Shown here in pieces: positions 1 through 8,939 of a stretch of 64,000 nucleotides of DNA. The stretch is taken from positions 972-64,971 of the forward strand of contig JACPCF010000059.1 of the NCBI GenBank assembly GCA_016179965.1, written 5' to 3'. The notes beneath the pieces were generated by a model that was not told the origin of the DNA, did no database searches, and saw only the letters and a list, made by a program, of their open reading frames with translations. The translations under genes and the position numbers were made by a program. The first letter of the stretch is position 1. Each line of letters begins with the position of its first letter. The stretch is from Candidatus Rokuibacteriota bacterium. GTDB taxonomy: Bacteria; Methylomirabilota; Methylomirabilia; Rokubacteriales; CSP1-6.

Positions 1-850
1 CGTGTCCCGGTTCCGCAGCTGGGAGCGCTCGTTCTGGCACTGGACGACGATCCCGCTCGGGAGGTGGGTGATCCTCACGGCGGAATCCGCCGTGTTCACG
101 CCCTGGCCGCCCGGCCCCGAGGAGCGGAAGACGTCGATCCGAAGGTCCTCGTCCTTGACCACGACTTCCACGTCCTCCACCTCGGGGATCACCGAAACGG
201 ACGCAAACGACGTATGACGCCGTCGCGAGGCATCGAAGGGAGAGATCCTCACCAGCCGGTGAACGCCAGTCTCGCCCTTCAGGTACCCGTACGCGTACTC
301 ACCGCCCACCTCCATGGTCGCCGACTTGATCCCGGCCTCCTCACCGGGGAGCAGGTCCACCACCTCGGCCTTGAAGCCCGCGCGCTCCGCCCACCGGAGG
401 TACATTCGCACGAGCATCTGGGCCCAGTCCTGGGATTCCGTTCCGCCGGCGCCGGGGTGGATGGAGACGATGGCGTCCTTCTTGTCGTGGACCCCCGACA
501 GGATGACCTTCAGCTCGAACTCTTCGAGGGAGTTGCGGAGGCGACGGAGCCCGTCCTCGATCTCCGGCGCGATGCTCTCGTCGCCCTCCTCTACCGCCAT
601 CTCCCAGAGGAGGCGGAGCTCTTCGGCCTTCACGGAGAGCTCCCGCCAGCGCCCCACCACCCGCGTCAGCTCCGAGCGCTCCTGGACCAGGCTCTGGGCG
701 CGCCGATTGTCCTCCCAGAAGGCGGGCGAGGCCATGTCGGCCTCGATCAGCCGGAGACGCTCCTCCTTGGCGGGAAGGTCAAAGGTGCCCCCGGAGGTCG
801 TCCAGCCGCTTCTCGAGTTCGAGGACGTCGCGCTTCAGCTCGCCGAGCAT
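1..850 (-). CDS. prfB: Peptide chain release factor 2. It is partial, with the 3' end beyond the window start, and contains a programmed +1 frameshift.
   Basis: The minus-strand translation gives [23 protein letters not shown], then an in-frame TGA. The +1 frame continues with the RF2 core, including the SPF and GGQ motifs (…[18 protein letters not shown]…[11 protein letters not shown]…). Confidence 0.9.
779..784 (-). other. prfB: prfB programmed +1 ribosomal frameshift site (CTT TGA C) with an upstream G-rich Shine-Dalgarno-like stretch.
   Basis: The minus strand reads …CCGGGGGCACCTTTGACC…. The TGA occupies 779-781. This is the classical RF2 autoregulatory recoding signal. Confidence 0.85.
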
Positions 851-853
851 CGG

Positions 854-2374
854 TTACCGACTCCTCCGAAGGCGCGCGAAAGCGGCGGCGACGGCCGAGA
901 TCGCGAGGCAGAGGTGGGCGAACACATTCCCAAACCGCGTGTAGAACGTCCCGCTGCGTAGAATCGGGATGTCGCCACTCAGGACCCCTCGCTCGAACAG
1001 GCCGAGGGTCTTCGTGATCCGCCCGTCGGGCCCCACGAACCCGGAGACGCCCGTGTTGGCCGCGCGCGCGATCCCCACCCGGTGCTCCACCGCCCGGAAC
1101 GGGAGCATCGCAAGATGCTGCCACGGGCCGCTCGTCGTGCCGAACCAGGCATCGTTGGTGATGTTCACCATGTACTGGGCTCCCCCCACCATGAACTCTC
1201 TGAAGAGTTCGGGAAAAATCCCCTCGTAGCAGATCACGACCCCGAACGGCGGATCCGCTTCCCGGAACACCTTCGGCACCTGCCCGGCCTGGAACTCCGA
1301 GATGAACTCGGCCCACCGCCGCACGAAGCCGATGATCCCGGACAGCGGCACGTACTCGCCGAACGGAACGAGATGTATCTTATCATACTTGGCCCTAATT
1401 CCCTGTCCTGTCAGCAAAAACGCGCTGTTGTAGAGGCCGCGCTGGTCCCCGTCCACCGATCCAACCAGCAAGGGCGCCTTGACCTCCGCGGAGAGGACCT
1501 GTAGGTCGACGACCAGGTTCGGGTCCCGCCGGAGAAAAATGGGCGCGGCCGTTTCGGGCCAGAGAATGATCGCCGGATTTCTCCGTCCGGCCTCGCGCGT
1601 CAGGCTCGTGTAGATGCGGAGCGTCTCTTTCTGATAGGCAGGGTCCCACTTGAGCGACTGCTCGATGGACGGCTGGACCAGGGCGACCTCCAGGGTCGCG
1701 GGTTTGATCGGGAGGCCCCATCCCGATGCGCCGAAGGCGAGCGTCCCCACGACCAGCGCCGCGGCGACGCTGGCGCCGAGGCTGGCCCGCCGCCACCCGA
1801 GGGCGACGGCGGCGGCCAAGGCGGCGTTGACGGCAACAACGACGAAGGACACCCCGTAGACTCCTGTGAATTCGGCGATCTGGATCAGCGGGAGCTGGCG
1901 GTACTGGGAGTAGCCGAGGAGCCCCCAGGGGAACCCCGAGAGAATCTGCCCGCGGACCCACTCCCCCGCCACCCAGAGGAACGGCGCCGTTGCCAGCGCC
2001 CAACCCGCTCCCAGCCGTGGCCGCAGCCAACTCACCACCACGGCCACGACGCCGAAATAGAGCCCGCAGTAGGCCGCCAGCCCCAGGATCGGGAGCCACG
2101 TCACGGGCCATGGGATCGCGCTGTAGTTCCTGAACGTGTGGTCGAGCCACCGGAGGAGGAGGAAGAAGAAGACCGTGCCCTGGAGCCAGCCGTCGGCGAA
2201 GGCCTCACGAGGGCGCCGAACGACGGCCGCGGCGAGGAGCGGGACCAGGGCGACCCAGGCGAGGAGCGACCAGTCGATCGTGGGATATGCCGCCGTCAGG
2301 AGGACGGCCGACGCCAGGAGGAGGGGGATCCTGACCCGTGCAGCCCCGAGCGTGGCCACCCAGTCAGCGGCCAT
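854..2374 (-). CDS. lnt: Apolipoprotein N-acyltransferase.
   Basis: It has the multi-TM N-terminus and the carbon-nitrogen hydrolase domain (WPETAAP…VVICYEGIFPE…). The start is placed at M49 of the track ORF, giving MAADWVATL… The stop overlaps the prfB start. Confidence 0.85.
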   Translation of the reverse strand: MAADWVATLGAARVRIPLLLASAVLLTAAYPTIDWSLLAWVALVPLLAAAVVRRPREAFADGWLQGTVFFFLLLRWLDHTFRNYSAIPWPVTWLPILGLAAYCGLYFGVVAVVVSWLRPRLGAGWALATAPFLWVAGEWVRGQILSGFPWGLLGYSQYRQLPLIQIAEFTGVYGVSFVVVAVNAALAAAVALGWRRASLGASVAAALVVGTLAFGASGWGLPIKPATLEVALVQPSIEQSLKWDPAYQKETLRIYTSLTREAGRRNPAIILWPETAAPIFLRRDPNLVVDLQVLSAEVKAPLLVGSVDGDQRGLYNSAFLLTGQGIRAKYDKIHLVPFGEYVPLSGIIGFVRRWAEFISEFQAGQVPKVFREADPPFGVVICYEGIFPELFREFMVGGAQYMVNITNDAWFGTTSGPWQHLAMLPFRAVEHRVGIARAANTGVSGFVGPDGRITKTLGLFERGVLSGDIPILRSGTFYTRFGNVFAHLCLAISAVAAAFARLRRSR

Positions 2375-2981
2375 CGAGGAGGCGGTCGCCGAGGTAGCGT
2401 GGGAGCCCCGCTTTGAGAATCTTCTCGCGGGCGGCGGAGACGTCGTACGGGACCCGATGGAGGCTGACCTCGCCGACCTCAAGGTCCCAGAGAGCGTAGC
2501 AGGCGCGCGGATCCCCATCCCGGGGCTGCCCCACGCTGCCGACGTTGATGATGTAGCGCCGCCCGGCTCCCACTCTCACCGTCTCGGGCTCGGGATTGAA
2601 CTCCGGGCCCGAGGAGCCGACCGACCAGACGCCGGGATGATGCGAATGGCCGACGAAGCAGAGCCGGGTCGTGAAGGCCGAAAATACGTCGAACCCCTCC
2701 TCGGCGGTGATCAGGTAGTCCCACTCGTCCGGGTTGTGCGGGCTCGCGTGGACCAGCGTGGCGTCCTCCACCTCCAAGACGAGCGGCAGCCCGGCCAGGA
2801 ACTCGCGATGCGCGTCGTCCAGAACGGAGGCCGTCCAAAGGGCGGCCGCCCGCGCGTAGGGGTTGAACCACCGGAGGTCCAGACGGCCGGTGGTCCCGTA
2901 CTCGTGATTGCCGGCGACCAGGCGCGCCCCCCTCTCGGCGAGTTTCTCGACGCAGGGGAGTGGGTCGGCCCCGTACCCCAC
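2364..2981 (-). CDS. Calcineurin-like metallophosphoesterase. The true start probably lies upstream, near 3095.
   Basis: The GNHE and GHSHxPG motifs are present. Upstream in the same frame the DIHGN and GDVVGYG metal-binding motifs continue (…IRYALLSDIHGNLEAL…). No ATG, GTG or TTG lies before them. Confidence 0.7.
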   Translation of the reverse strand: MGYGADPLPCVEKLAERGARLVAGNHEYGTTGRLDLRWFNPYARAAALWTASVLDDAHREFLAGLPLVLEVEDATLVHASPHNPDEWDYLITAEEGFDVFSAFTTRLCFVGHSHHPGVWSVGSSGPEFNPEPETVRVGAGRRYIINVGSVGQPRDGDPRACYALWDLEVGEVSLHRVPYDVSAAREKILKAGLPRYLGDRLLDGR

Positions 2982-3116
2982 GACGTCGCCCAGGCAGAGA
3001 AGCGCGTCGGCGCCGACGCCGGAGACGTGATCGAGGACGGCAGTCAGGGCCTCGAGGTTCCCGTGGATATCGGAAAGAAGCGCGTACCGGATCGGCCTAG
3101 CCCTTTGTCACGGGAC

Positions 3117-3150
3117 CGCGCGCACCCGCTCCGCGGGTACCCGGCCGCCG
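3117..3150. repeat. Dispersed ~30-nt GC-rich motif, copy A (cgcgcacccgctCcgcgggtacccGgccg). It contains the GGGTACCC palindrome.
   Basis: It matches the sequence at 4197-4224 (~32 of 36 nt). Copy A lies in the intergenic region downstream of nusB. Confidence 0.5.
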
Positions 3151-3334
3151 GGAACAGCCCCACGGTGCTCACTCCCGCAGACAGAGATTGCTGCCTGGTC
3201 GCAAGCGCGAGCGAAGGCGAGCCTCCTTTGCGGGCACCCAGCCCTTGCGGCTGGGTCGTCGCTCCGCGCCGTGGGGCCCCCCGTTCCCCGCGTCACCCGC
3301 GCGGCCCCGTTCCCACTCGACAGCAGACCACCTG

Positions 3335-3748
3335 CTACCCTGGTCTCAGCTCTTTGTGAATGCGGTCCAGGATTCCGTTGATGAAGCGGCTGGACTCCTG
3401 GGTGCCGAACTTCCTCGCCACCTCGATGGCCTCGTTGATGGCCACCTTGGGGGGCACGTCCGTCGTCCAGAGTAGTTCGAAGATCCCGGCGCGCAGGATG
3501 TTGCGGTCGGCCACGGCCATCCGCTCGAGGTCCCAGTGTAGGGCGTACTGGGCGATCAGCTCGTCGATCTTCTCCCGGTGGAGCGTGGCTCCGCGCACGA
3601 GCACCTCCGCGAAGGCGCGCACCTCGGGGTCCACCGGGTGCCGGCTCCAGAACTCCTCCGAAGAGGAAACGGGGTCGGCCTCGCCCCGGAGGTCGAGCTG
3701 GTAGAGAAACTGAAGCGCCAGCTCCCGGGCCTTCCTCCGCTTACCCAC
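3335..3748 (-). CDS. nusB: Transcription antitermination factor NusB.
   Basis: It is 137 aa with a typical NusB sequence (LALQFLYQLDL…FINGILDRI). It sits in the classic position downstream of ribH. Confidence 0.9.
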   Translation of the reverse strand: MGKRRKARELALQFLYQLDLRGEADPVSSSEEFWSRHPVDPEVRAFAEVLVRGATLHREKIDELIAQYALHWDLERMAVADRNILRAGIFELLWTTDVPPKVAINEAIEVARKFGTQESSRFINGILDRIHKELRPG

Positions 3749-4262
3749 GGCGGGGTCCCACTCGGGACACGAATTCCGCCATCTCCAGAGCCGCCAGCGC
3801 GGCTTCCTCGCCCCGGTTCCCCACCTTCCCCCCCGCCCGCTCCCAGGCCTGCGCCTCGTTCAAGGCCGTGACGACGCCGAAGGCGATGGGAACTCCCGTG
3901 GCGAGGGCGACCTCACGGATCCCCGCCGCCGCCTCACGGGCCACGTGCTCGAAGTGCGGGGTTTCCCCGCGAATCACGACCCCGAGACACACGAGAGCGG
4001 CGAAGCGTCCCGTCCGGGCCAGGTGAAGCGCCGCCTGCGGGAGCTCGAAGGAGCCGGGGACCCAGTGGACATCCACCTGGGAGGGATCGCAGCCGTGGCT
4101 CCTGAAGGCCTGCAGGGCACCGTCAAGAAGCCGCTTCGAGATTTCTTCGTTGAAGCGCGCGACCAGGACGCCGAAGCGGCAGGGCCGGCGCCCGACCCGC
4201 GCACCCGCTGCGCGGGTACCCTGCCGGCCGATCCCCTGAATTCTCGGCGCTCGGCCGGCCAT
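3741..4262 (-). CDS. ribH: 6,7-dimethyl-8-ribityllumazine synthase.
   Basis: Core motifs are GVLVARFNEEI and VPGSFELP. The start is the GTG/ATG directly after the ribBA stop. The N-terminus is about 14 aa longer than in typical RibH. Confidence 0.85.
   Translation of the reverse strand: MAGRAPRIQGIGRQGTRAAGARVGRRPCRFGVLVARFNEEISKRLLDGALQAFRSHGCDPSQVDVHWVPGSFELPQAALHLARTGRFAALVCLGVVIRGETPHFEHVAREAAAGIREVALATGVPIAFGVVTALNEAQAWERAGGKVGNRGEEAALAALEMAEFVSRVGPRRG
4197..4224. repeat. Dispersed ~30-nt GC-rich motif, copy B.
   Basis: It matches the sequence at 3117-3150. It lies inside the 5' end of ribH, in the codons for GTRAAGAR. Confidence 0.5.
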
Positions 4263-4265
4263 CAC

Positions 4266-5507
4266 TCAGTCCGAGGGAAGCGAGGTGAAGAGGTGACCAA
4301 GCTTCTCGCGCTTGGTCCTCAAGTAGTGGACGTTCGAGTCGGTGGCGGGAATCTCGATGGGCACCCGCTCGGCCAGGTGCAGCCCGTACCCCTCCAGCCC
4401 GACGATCTTCTTCGGATTGTTGGTCAGGAGGCGCATGCTCTTGACGCCCAGATCCAGCAGGATCTGAGCGCCGATCCCGTAGTCCCGAAGATCGGCCTTG
4501 AAGCCGAGCGCCAGGTTGGCCTCCACCGTGTCCTTGCCCTGATCCTGAAGCTCGTAGGCCCGCATCTTGTTCACGAGCCCGATCCCGCGCCCCTCCTGCC
4601 GCATGTACACGAACACCCCGCGCCCCTCGCGACGGATGATGGCCAGTGCCTTTTCGAGCTGGGAGCCGCAGTCGCAGCGCGTGCTGTGGAACACATCGCC
4701 GGTGAGGCACTCGGAGTGCACCCTCACGAGGACGGGTTTGCCGTCGGAGACGTCGCCGAGCACCAGGGCCAGCGGCACGCGATCGTCCACGGTCGTCTCG
4801 TAGGCGATGGCGGTGAAGTCGCCCATCTCGGTCGGGAGGCGGGTGGTGGCCACGCGGCGGACGAGCTTCTCCTTGCGGATCCGGTACTCGATGAGGTCCT
4901 TGATGGTGATCGTCTTGAGGGTGTGCGCCTGGGCGAGCGCCAGGAGCTGGGGCACCCGGGCCATCCCCCCGTCCTCGTCCATGACCTCGCAGATCACCCC
5001 GACGGGGGCCAACCCCGCCAGGCGCGCCAGGTCCACCGCCGCCTCCGTATGCCCGGCACGGCGCAGGACGCCGCCGGACATGGCCCGGAGCGGCAGGACG
5101 TGGCCGGGGCGGGTCAGGTCGTCCGGGCGCGTCGCGGGATCCACGAGCGTCTTGATCGTGACCGCCCGGTCGTAGGCCGAGGTTCCCGTCGTGACGCCGC
5201 GGCGCGCGTCCACCGTGATCGTGAAGGCCGTCCCCATCGGGGCCGTGTTGTCGGAAACCATCATCGAGATCTGGAGCGCGTCGAGCCGGTCGCCCGTCAT
5301 CGGCACGCAGATCAGGCCGCGCCCGTACTTGGCCATGAAGTTCACGGCCTCGGGGGTGACCTTCTCGGCGGCCATCACCAGGTCGCCTTCGTTCTCCCGA
5401 TCCTCGTCGTCCACCACCACCAGGATCCGGCCGGCCCGGATCTCCTCGATGGCGGTCTCGATGGACACGAACTCCCGGTGGAGCGTGTCCGCTCCCGCAC
5501 TCGTCAT
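4266..5507 (-). CDS. ribBA: Bifunctional 3,4-dihydroxy-2-butanone-4-phosphate synthase / GTP cyclohydrolase II.
   Basis: It is 413 aa. The DHBP synthase N-terminal half is typical (RENEGDLV…), and the GTP cyclohydrolase II half carries the CxCG zinc motif ([10 protein letters not shown]). Confidence 0.9.
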   Translation of the reverse strand: MTSAGADTLHREFVSIETAIEEIRAGRILVVVDDEDRENEGDLVMAAEKVTPEAVNFMAKYGRGLICVPMTGDRLDALQISMMVSDNTAPMGTAFTITVDARRGVTTGTSAYDRAVTIKTLVDPATRPDDLTRPGHVLPLRAMSGGVLRRAGHTEAAVDLARLAGLAPVGVICEVMDEDGGMARVPQLLALAQAHTLKTITIKDLIEYRIRKEKLVRRVATTRLPTEMGDFTAIAYETTVDDRVPLALVLGDVSDGKPVLVRVHSECLTGDVFHSTRCDCGSQLEKALAIIRREGRGVFVYMRQEGRGIGLVNKMRAYELQDQGKDTVEANLALGFKADLRDYGIGAQILLDLGVKSMRLLTNNPKKIVGLEGYGLHLAERVPIEIPATDSNVHYLRTKREKLGHLFTSLPSD

Positions 5508-6103
5508 GGGTCACCTCGCGCGACGAATCGGTACAGATATTTGCCGATGACGTCCATTTCCAGGTTCACCCGGTCGCCCGCCGCCCGCTTTCCCAGCGTC
5601 GTCACCGCCAGGGTGTGAGGGATCACCATGACCTCGAAGGCCCCCGCCTCCAGTCCCGCCACGGTGAGGCTCACCCCGTCCACGGCCACCGAGCCCTTGG
5701 GGATCAGATAGCGCTCGAGGTCGGGGTCCGGGACCTCGATCCTCATCCTCACGGTATCACGCTCCGGGGCCACGCGCGCCACCCTCCCGACCCCGTCCAC
5801 ATGGCCCAGGACGAGGTGGCCGCCCAGCGGCGCGCCGAGGCGGAGGGGGCGCTCCAGGTTGACGGGCGCCCCCGGAGCCAGGTCAGCCAGGGCCGTCGCC
5901 TTCAGGGTGTCCGGGCCGACGTCGAAGGCGAGGAGGGTTCCCGTGCGCTCCACCACCGTCAGGCAGACGCCGTTGAGCGCCAGACTCGACCCGACCTCCG
6001 TGCCCTCGAGGACGCGCTGGGCCTTGACCCCCAGGCGCCAGGCGCCAACCCGGTGGACGAGCTGGGCGACCTCGCCCAGTTCCTCAACGATGCCCGTGAA
6101 CAT
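5504..6103 (-). CDS. ribE: Riboflavin synthase alpha subunit.
   Basis: It has the canonical MFTGIVEE N-terminus and the duplicated lumazine-binding domains. Confidence 0.85.
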   Translation of the reverse strand: MFTGIVEELGEVAQLVHRVGAWRLGVKAQRVLEGTEVGSSLALNGVCLTVVERTGTLLAFDVGPDTLKATALADLAPGAPVNLERPLRLGAPLGGHLVLGHVDGVGRVARVAPERDTVRMRIEVPDPDLERYLIPKGSVAVDGVSLTVAGLEAGAFEVMVIPHTLAVTTLGKRAAGDRVNLEMDVIGKYLYRFVARGDP

Positions 6104-7217
6104 CCTCGTCTCCTCGAGCGACATCCCCTTCGATCAGGAGATCCGTCCCCACACTCTTGACCGTCATTGTCGTGAGCCGGAACGCCTCCTTGAGCCCCCG
6201 CCCCGGCCCCCCCACCGGCGTTGGCGCGGTCTGGCCTCCCAGGAGCAGGGGCGCGACGAAGACGGCCACCCGGTCCACGAGCCCCGCCTCCAAGAACCCC
6301 GCGTTCAGCTCCCCGCCCCCTTCCAGGAGCAGGGCTGTCACCTCGCGCCGCGCCAGCTCGGCCATGAGCGCCCCCAAATCCACCCTGCCGTCCCGAGACG
6401 GCAGTCGAAGCACCGTCGCCCCGCGGGCCTCGAGAGCGCGGACCCGCTCCGAGGGCGCGGATTCGGTGACGGCGATCAGTGTTCGCTCAGGGCTTCCGGC
6501 CGAAAGGACTCGAGCCGACGGAGGCGTCCGCCCCTGGCTGTCAACGACCACCCGGTAAGGCTCGCGCTGCCAGGGAGGGTCCAGGCGCACCGTGAGTTCC
6601 GGGTCGTCCGCCAGCACGGTGGCGATCCCAACCGCCACCGCGTCCGATTGGCTCCGCAGCCGATGAGCCTCCCACCTCGCTTCTTCACCCGTGATCCAGC
6701 GCGAGGAGCGGTTCCAGCCGGCGATCTTGCCGTCCAGGCTCATGGCGACCTTGAGGGTCACGAAGGGGCGTTGCTCGGTCACCCAGGTGAAAAACGGGCG
6801 GTTGAGGCGGCGCGCGTCTTCTTCGAGACAACCCACCGCCACGTCAAGACCGGCCTGGCGGAGGGCGGCCACGCCAGCGCCGTTGACCCGCGGGTTCGGG
6901 TCCAGGACGGCCACCACCACCCGACGGAGCCCGGACTCGAGCAGGGCCGGCACGCACGGAGGCGTCCGGCCGTGATGGACGCACGGCTCCAGCGTGACGT
7001 AGAGGGTCGCCCCGCGGGTCCCGGCCCCGGCGGCGATCAGCGCGACGCGCTCGGCGTGAGGGGCTCCGGCCTGCGCGTGGAAGCCCTCGCCGACCACCAC
7101 CCCGTCCTTGACGACCAGGGCTCCGACGAGGGGGTTCGGAGAGGTCAGCCCTCGCGCGTGTCCGGCCAGAGCGAGCGCCCGCATCATCAATGTCTCGTCG
7201 TCGGGATGCGGAGGCAT
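6084..7217 (-). CDS. ribD: Bifunctional diaminohydroxyphosphoribosylaminopyrimidine deaminase / 5-amino-6-(5-phosphoribosylamino)uracil reductase.
   Basis: The CMP/dCMP deaminase zinc motifs are present (HAERVAL, LEPCVHHGRTPPC), followed by the RibD C-terminal reductase domain. The start is chosen at MPPHPDD…. Confidence 0.85.
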   Translation of the reverse strand: MPPHPDDETLMMRALALAGHARGLTSPNPLVGALVVKDGVVVGEGFHAQAGAPHAERVALIAAGAGTRGATLYVTLEPCVHHGRTPPCVPALLESGLRRVVVAVLDPNPRVNGAGVAALRQAGLDVAVGCLEEDARRLNRPFFTWVTEQRPFVTLKVAMSLDGKIAGWNRSSRWITGEEARWEAHRLRSQSDAVAVGIATVLADDPELTVRLDPPWQREPYRVVVDSQGRTPPSARVLSAGSPERTLIAVTESAPSERVRALEARGATVLRLPSRDGRVDLGALMAELARREVTALLLEGGGELNAGFLEAGLVDRVAVFVAPLLLGGQTAPTPVGGPGRGLKEAFRLTTMTVKSVGTDLLIEGDVARGDEDVHGHR

Positions 7218-7230
7218 ACGAGGCGCGCGG

Positions 7231-8154
7231 CTATTCGGGGAGGAGGCCGCCAACGAAGACCTTGGGGTCGAAGGGCTGGAGGTCTTCGACGCGCTCGCCG
7301 GTGCCCACCAGCTTGATCGGCAGCCCCAGCTCCCGGTGGATCCGGACCACGATGCCGCCCTTGGCAGTCCCGTCGAGCTTGGTCAGGATGAGCCCCGTCA
7401 GGCCGACGCCGGCATGGAAGGTCTTGGCCTGGGCGAGCCCGTTCTGCCCGGTGGTCGCGTCCAGCACCATGAGGGATTCGTGCGGAGCGCCCGGGAGCTG
7501 GCGACCCACGACCCGCTTGAGCTTGGCCAGCTCCTCCATCAGGTTGGACTTCGTGTGGAGCCGGCCCGCCGTGTCCACGATCAGCACATCCACGCCCCTC
7601 GCCACGGCCGCCTTCGCCGCGTCGAAGACGACCGCCGCGGGATCCGAGCCCGGCGCCTGGTGGATCACCTCAACGCCGACCCTCTTCCCCCAGGCTTCGA
7701 GCTGGTCGATGGCCGCGGCGCGGAACGTGTCGGCCGCCGCGAGCAGGACAGACTTCCCGTCGCCCTTGAGGGCCGCCGCAAGCTTGCCGCAGGTGGTCGT
7801 CTTTCCGCCCCCGTTGACCCCCAGCACCAGAATGACCGAGGGGCGCTGATCCAGCGCCAGGGGGGCCACGGCGCCGGCGAGGGCCTCCTCCAGAAAGCGC
7901 CCGAGCGTGGAGCGGAGATCCTCGGGCGTGCTCACGCGGCCGTGACGCGCCTCTTCCCTGACGAGCTCGAGGAACTCCCGGGCGACGTCAGCGCCGAGAT
8001 CCGCCGAGATGAGGAGCTCCTCCAGCTCCTCGAGCAGCGCTTCGTCCACCACCCCACCGAGGCTCCAGACGGCGTTGAGCCCGTCGCTCAGGAAATTTCG
8101 GGAGCGCTCGAGGCTCTGCCTCAAGCAATCCGTCAGGGCGGGGAGGAATTTCAC
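7231..8154 (-). CDS. ftsY: Signal recognition particle receptor FtsY (NG domain only).
   Basis: It has the SRP GTPase motifs (GVNGGGKTTTCGKLA…DTAGR…TKLDGTAKGG). The GTG start overlaps the rodZ-like stop as GTGA. Confidence 0.85.
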   Translation of the reverse strand: MKFLPALTDCLRQSLERSRNFLSDGLNAVWSLGGVVDEALLEELEELLISADLGADVAREFLELVREEARHGRVSTPEDLRSTLGRFLEEALAGAVAPLALDQRPSVILVLGVNGGGKTTTCGKLAAALKGDGKSVLLAAADTFRAAAIDQLEAWGKRVGVEVIHQAPGSDPAAVVFDAAKAAVARGVDVLIVDTAGRLHTKSNLMEELAKLKRVVGRQLPGAPHESLMVLDATTGQNGLAQAKTFHAGVGLTGLILTKLDGTAKGGIVVRIHRELGLPIKLVGTGERVEDLQPFDPKVFVGGLLPE

Positions 8155-8873
8155 GGTTTGGGCGCCTCGGTCTCCGCCGGAATGACGAGATTCTGAATGA
8201 CGGCCCCCCTGGCGCCCAGCGGAGGAATCGGCTGGCCGTTGAGCTCGAGGGCGAGGCCTCCAGCGTTGCCGACGGTGAGGACGAACCGCTTGGAGGACAC
8301 CCACTCGCGCGTGGCGCCGGCGGGCAGCAACTCCTGGACGACACTGCCGTCGTCCATCTGCACCCGCACCCAGGTGGGCTCGGTGGCGCGCGCGACCAGC
8401 CTCGCGCGGGACGGCTCCCCTTGAGCCGGCGCCTTCGCGGGACCCGGCGCCGCGCTCTTGGCCGCGGTCGGGGTCGCCCGCTGGACCGTCGAGGAGCCCT
8501 TGAACCGCCCCTGCAGTCCAAGGGTCAGGAAGAACAGTCCCAGCCCCAGCGCCAGCAACAGGACCAGACTCACCAGCACCGGGCCGCGGCCGCGGGCCTT
8601 CGGGCGCAGGGTGAGCGTGAGGGCCGGCTCCGCGGGGGCGCCGCCGACGACCTCGCGGTAGCGCGAGAGCACCTCATCGGCAGGCTCTCCGAGGGCCAGG
8701 CAGTAGGCCCGGATGAATCCCTTGGTAAAGACCGGAGCGGGGAGCTTCTCGAAGGCGTCCGATTCCAGCGCCTGGAGGTAGCTCCGGCCCACACGGGTGG
8801 TGCGGGAGAGCTCCTCGAGGGAGACACCCCGGGCGGTTCTGAGCTCCCGGAGGTAGGACCCGACGGTCTGCAT
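8151..8873 (-). CDS. RodZ-like cytoskeleton protein (XRE-type HTH, one TM, C-terminal DUF4115).
   Basis: The N-terminal HTH is GVSLEELSRTTRVGRSYLQALE. A hydrophobic segment LVSLVLLLALGLGLFFL follows, then a conserved C-terminal beta-rich domain. Confidence 0.7.
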   Translation of the reverse strand: MQTVGSYLRELRTARGVSLEELSRTTRVGRSYLQALESDAFEKLPAPVFTKGFIRAYCLALGEPADEVLSRYREVVGGAPAEPALTLTLRPKARGRGPVLVSLVLLLALGLGLFFLTLGLQGRFKGSSTVQRATPTAAKSAAPGPAKAPAQGEPSRARLVARATEPTWVRVQMDDGSVVQELLPAGATREWVSSKRFVLTVGNAGGLALELNGQPIPPLGARGAVIQNLVIPAETEAPKP

Positions 8874-8939
8874 GGGGAGAACCCCATTGGAGTGTAAGCC
8901 AGGCTCAGAAGAAAAGTCAACGCGCGAAAGGAGTTACGC

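Noticed and set aside
7217-7260. Looked for an FMN riboswitch or leader upstream of ribD.
   Set aside because: ftsY ends 13 nt before ribD, so there is no space. Nothing resembling the RFN core was seen.
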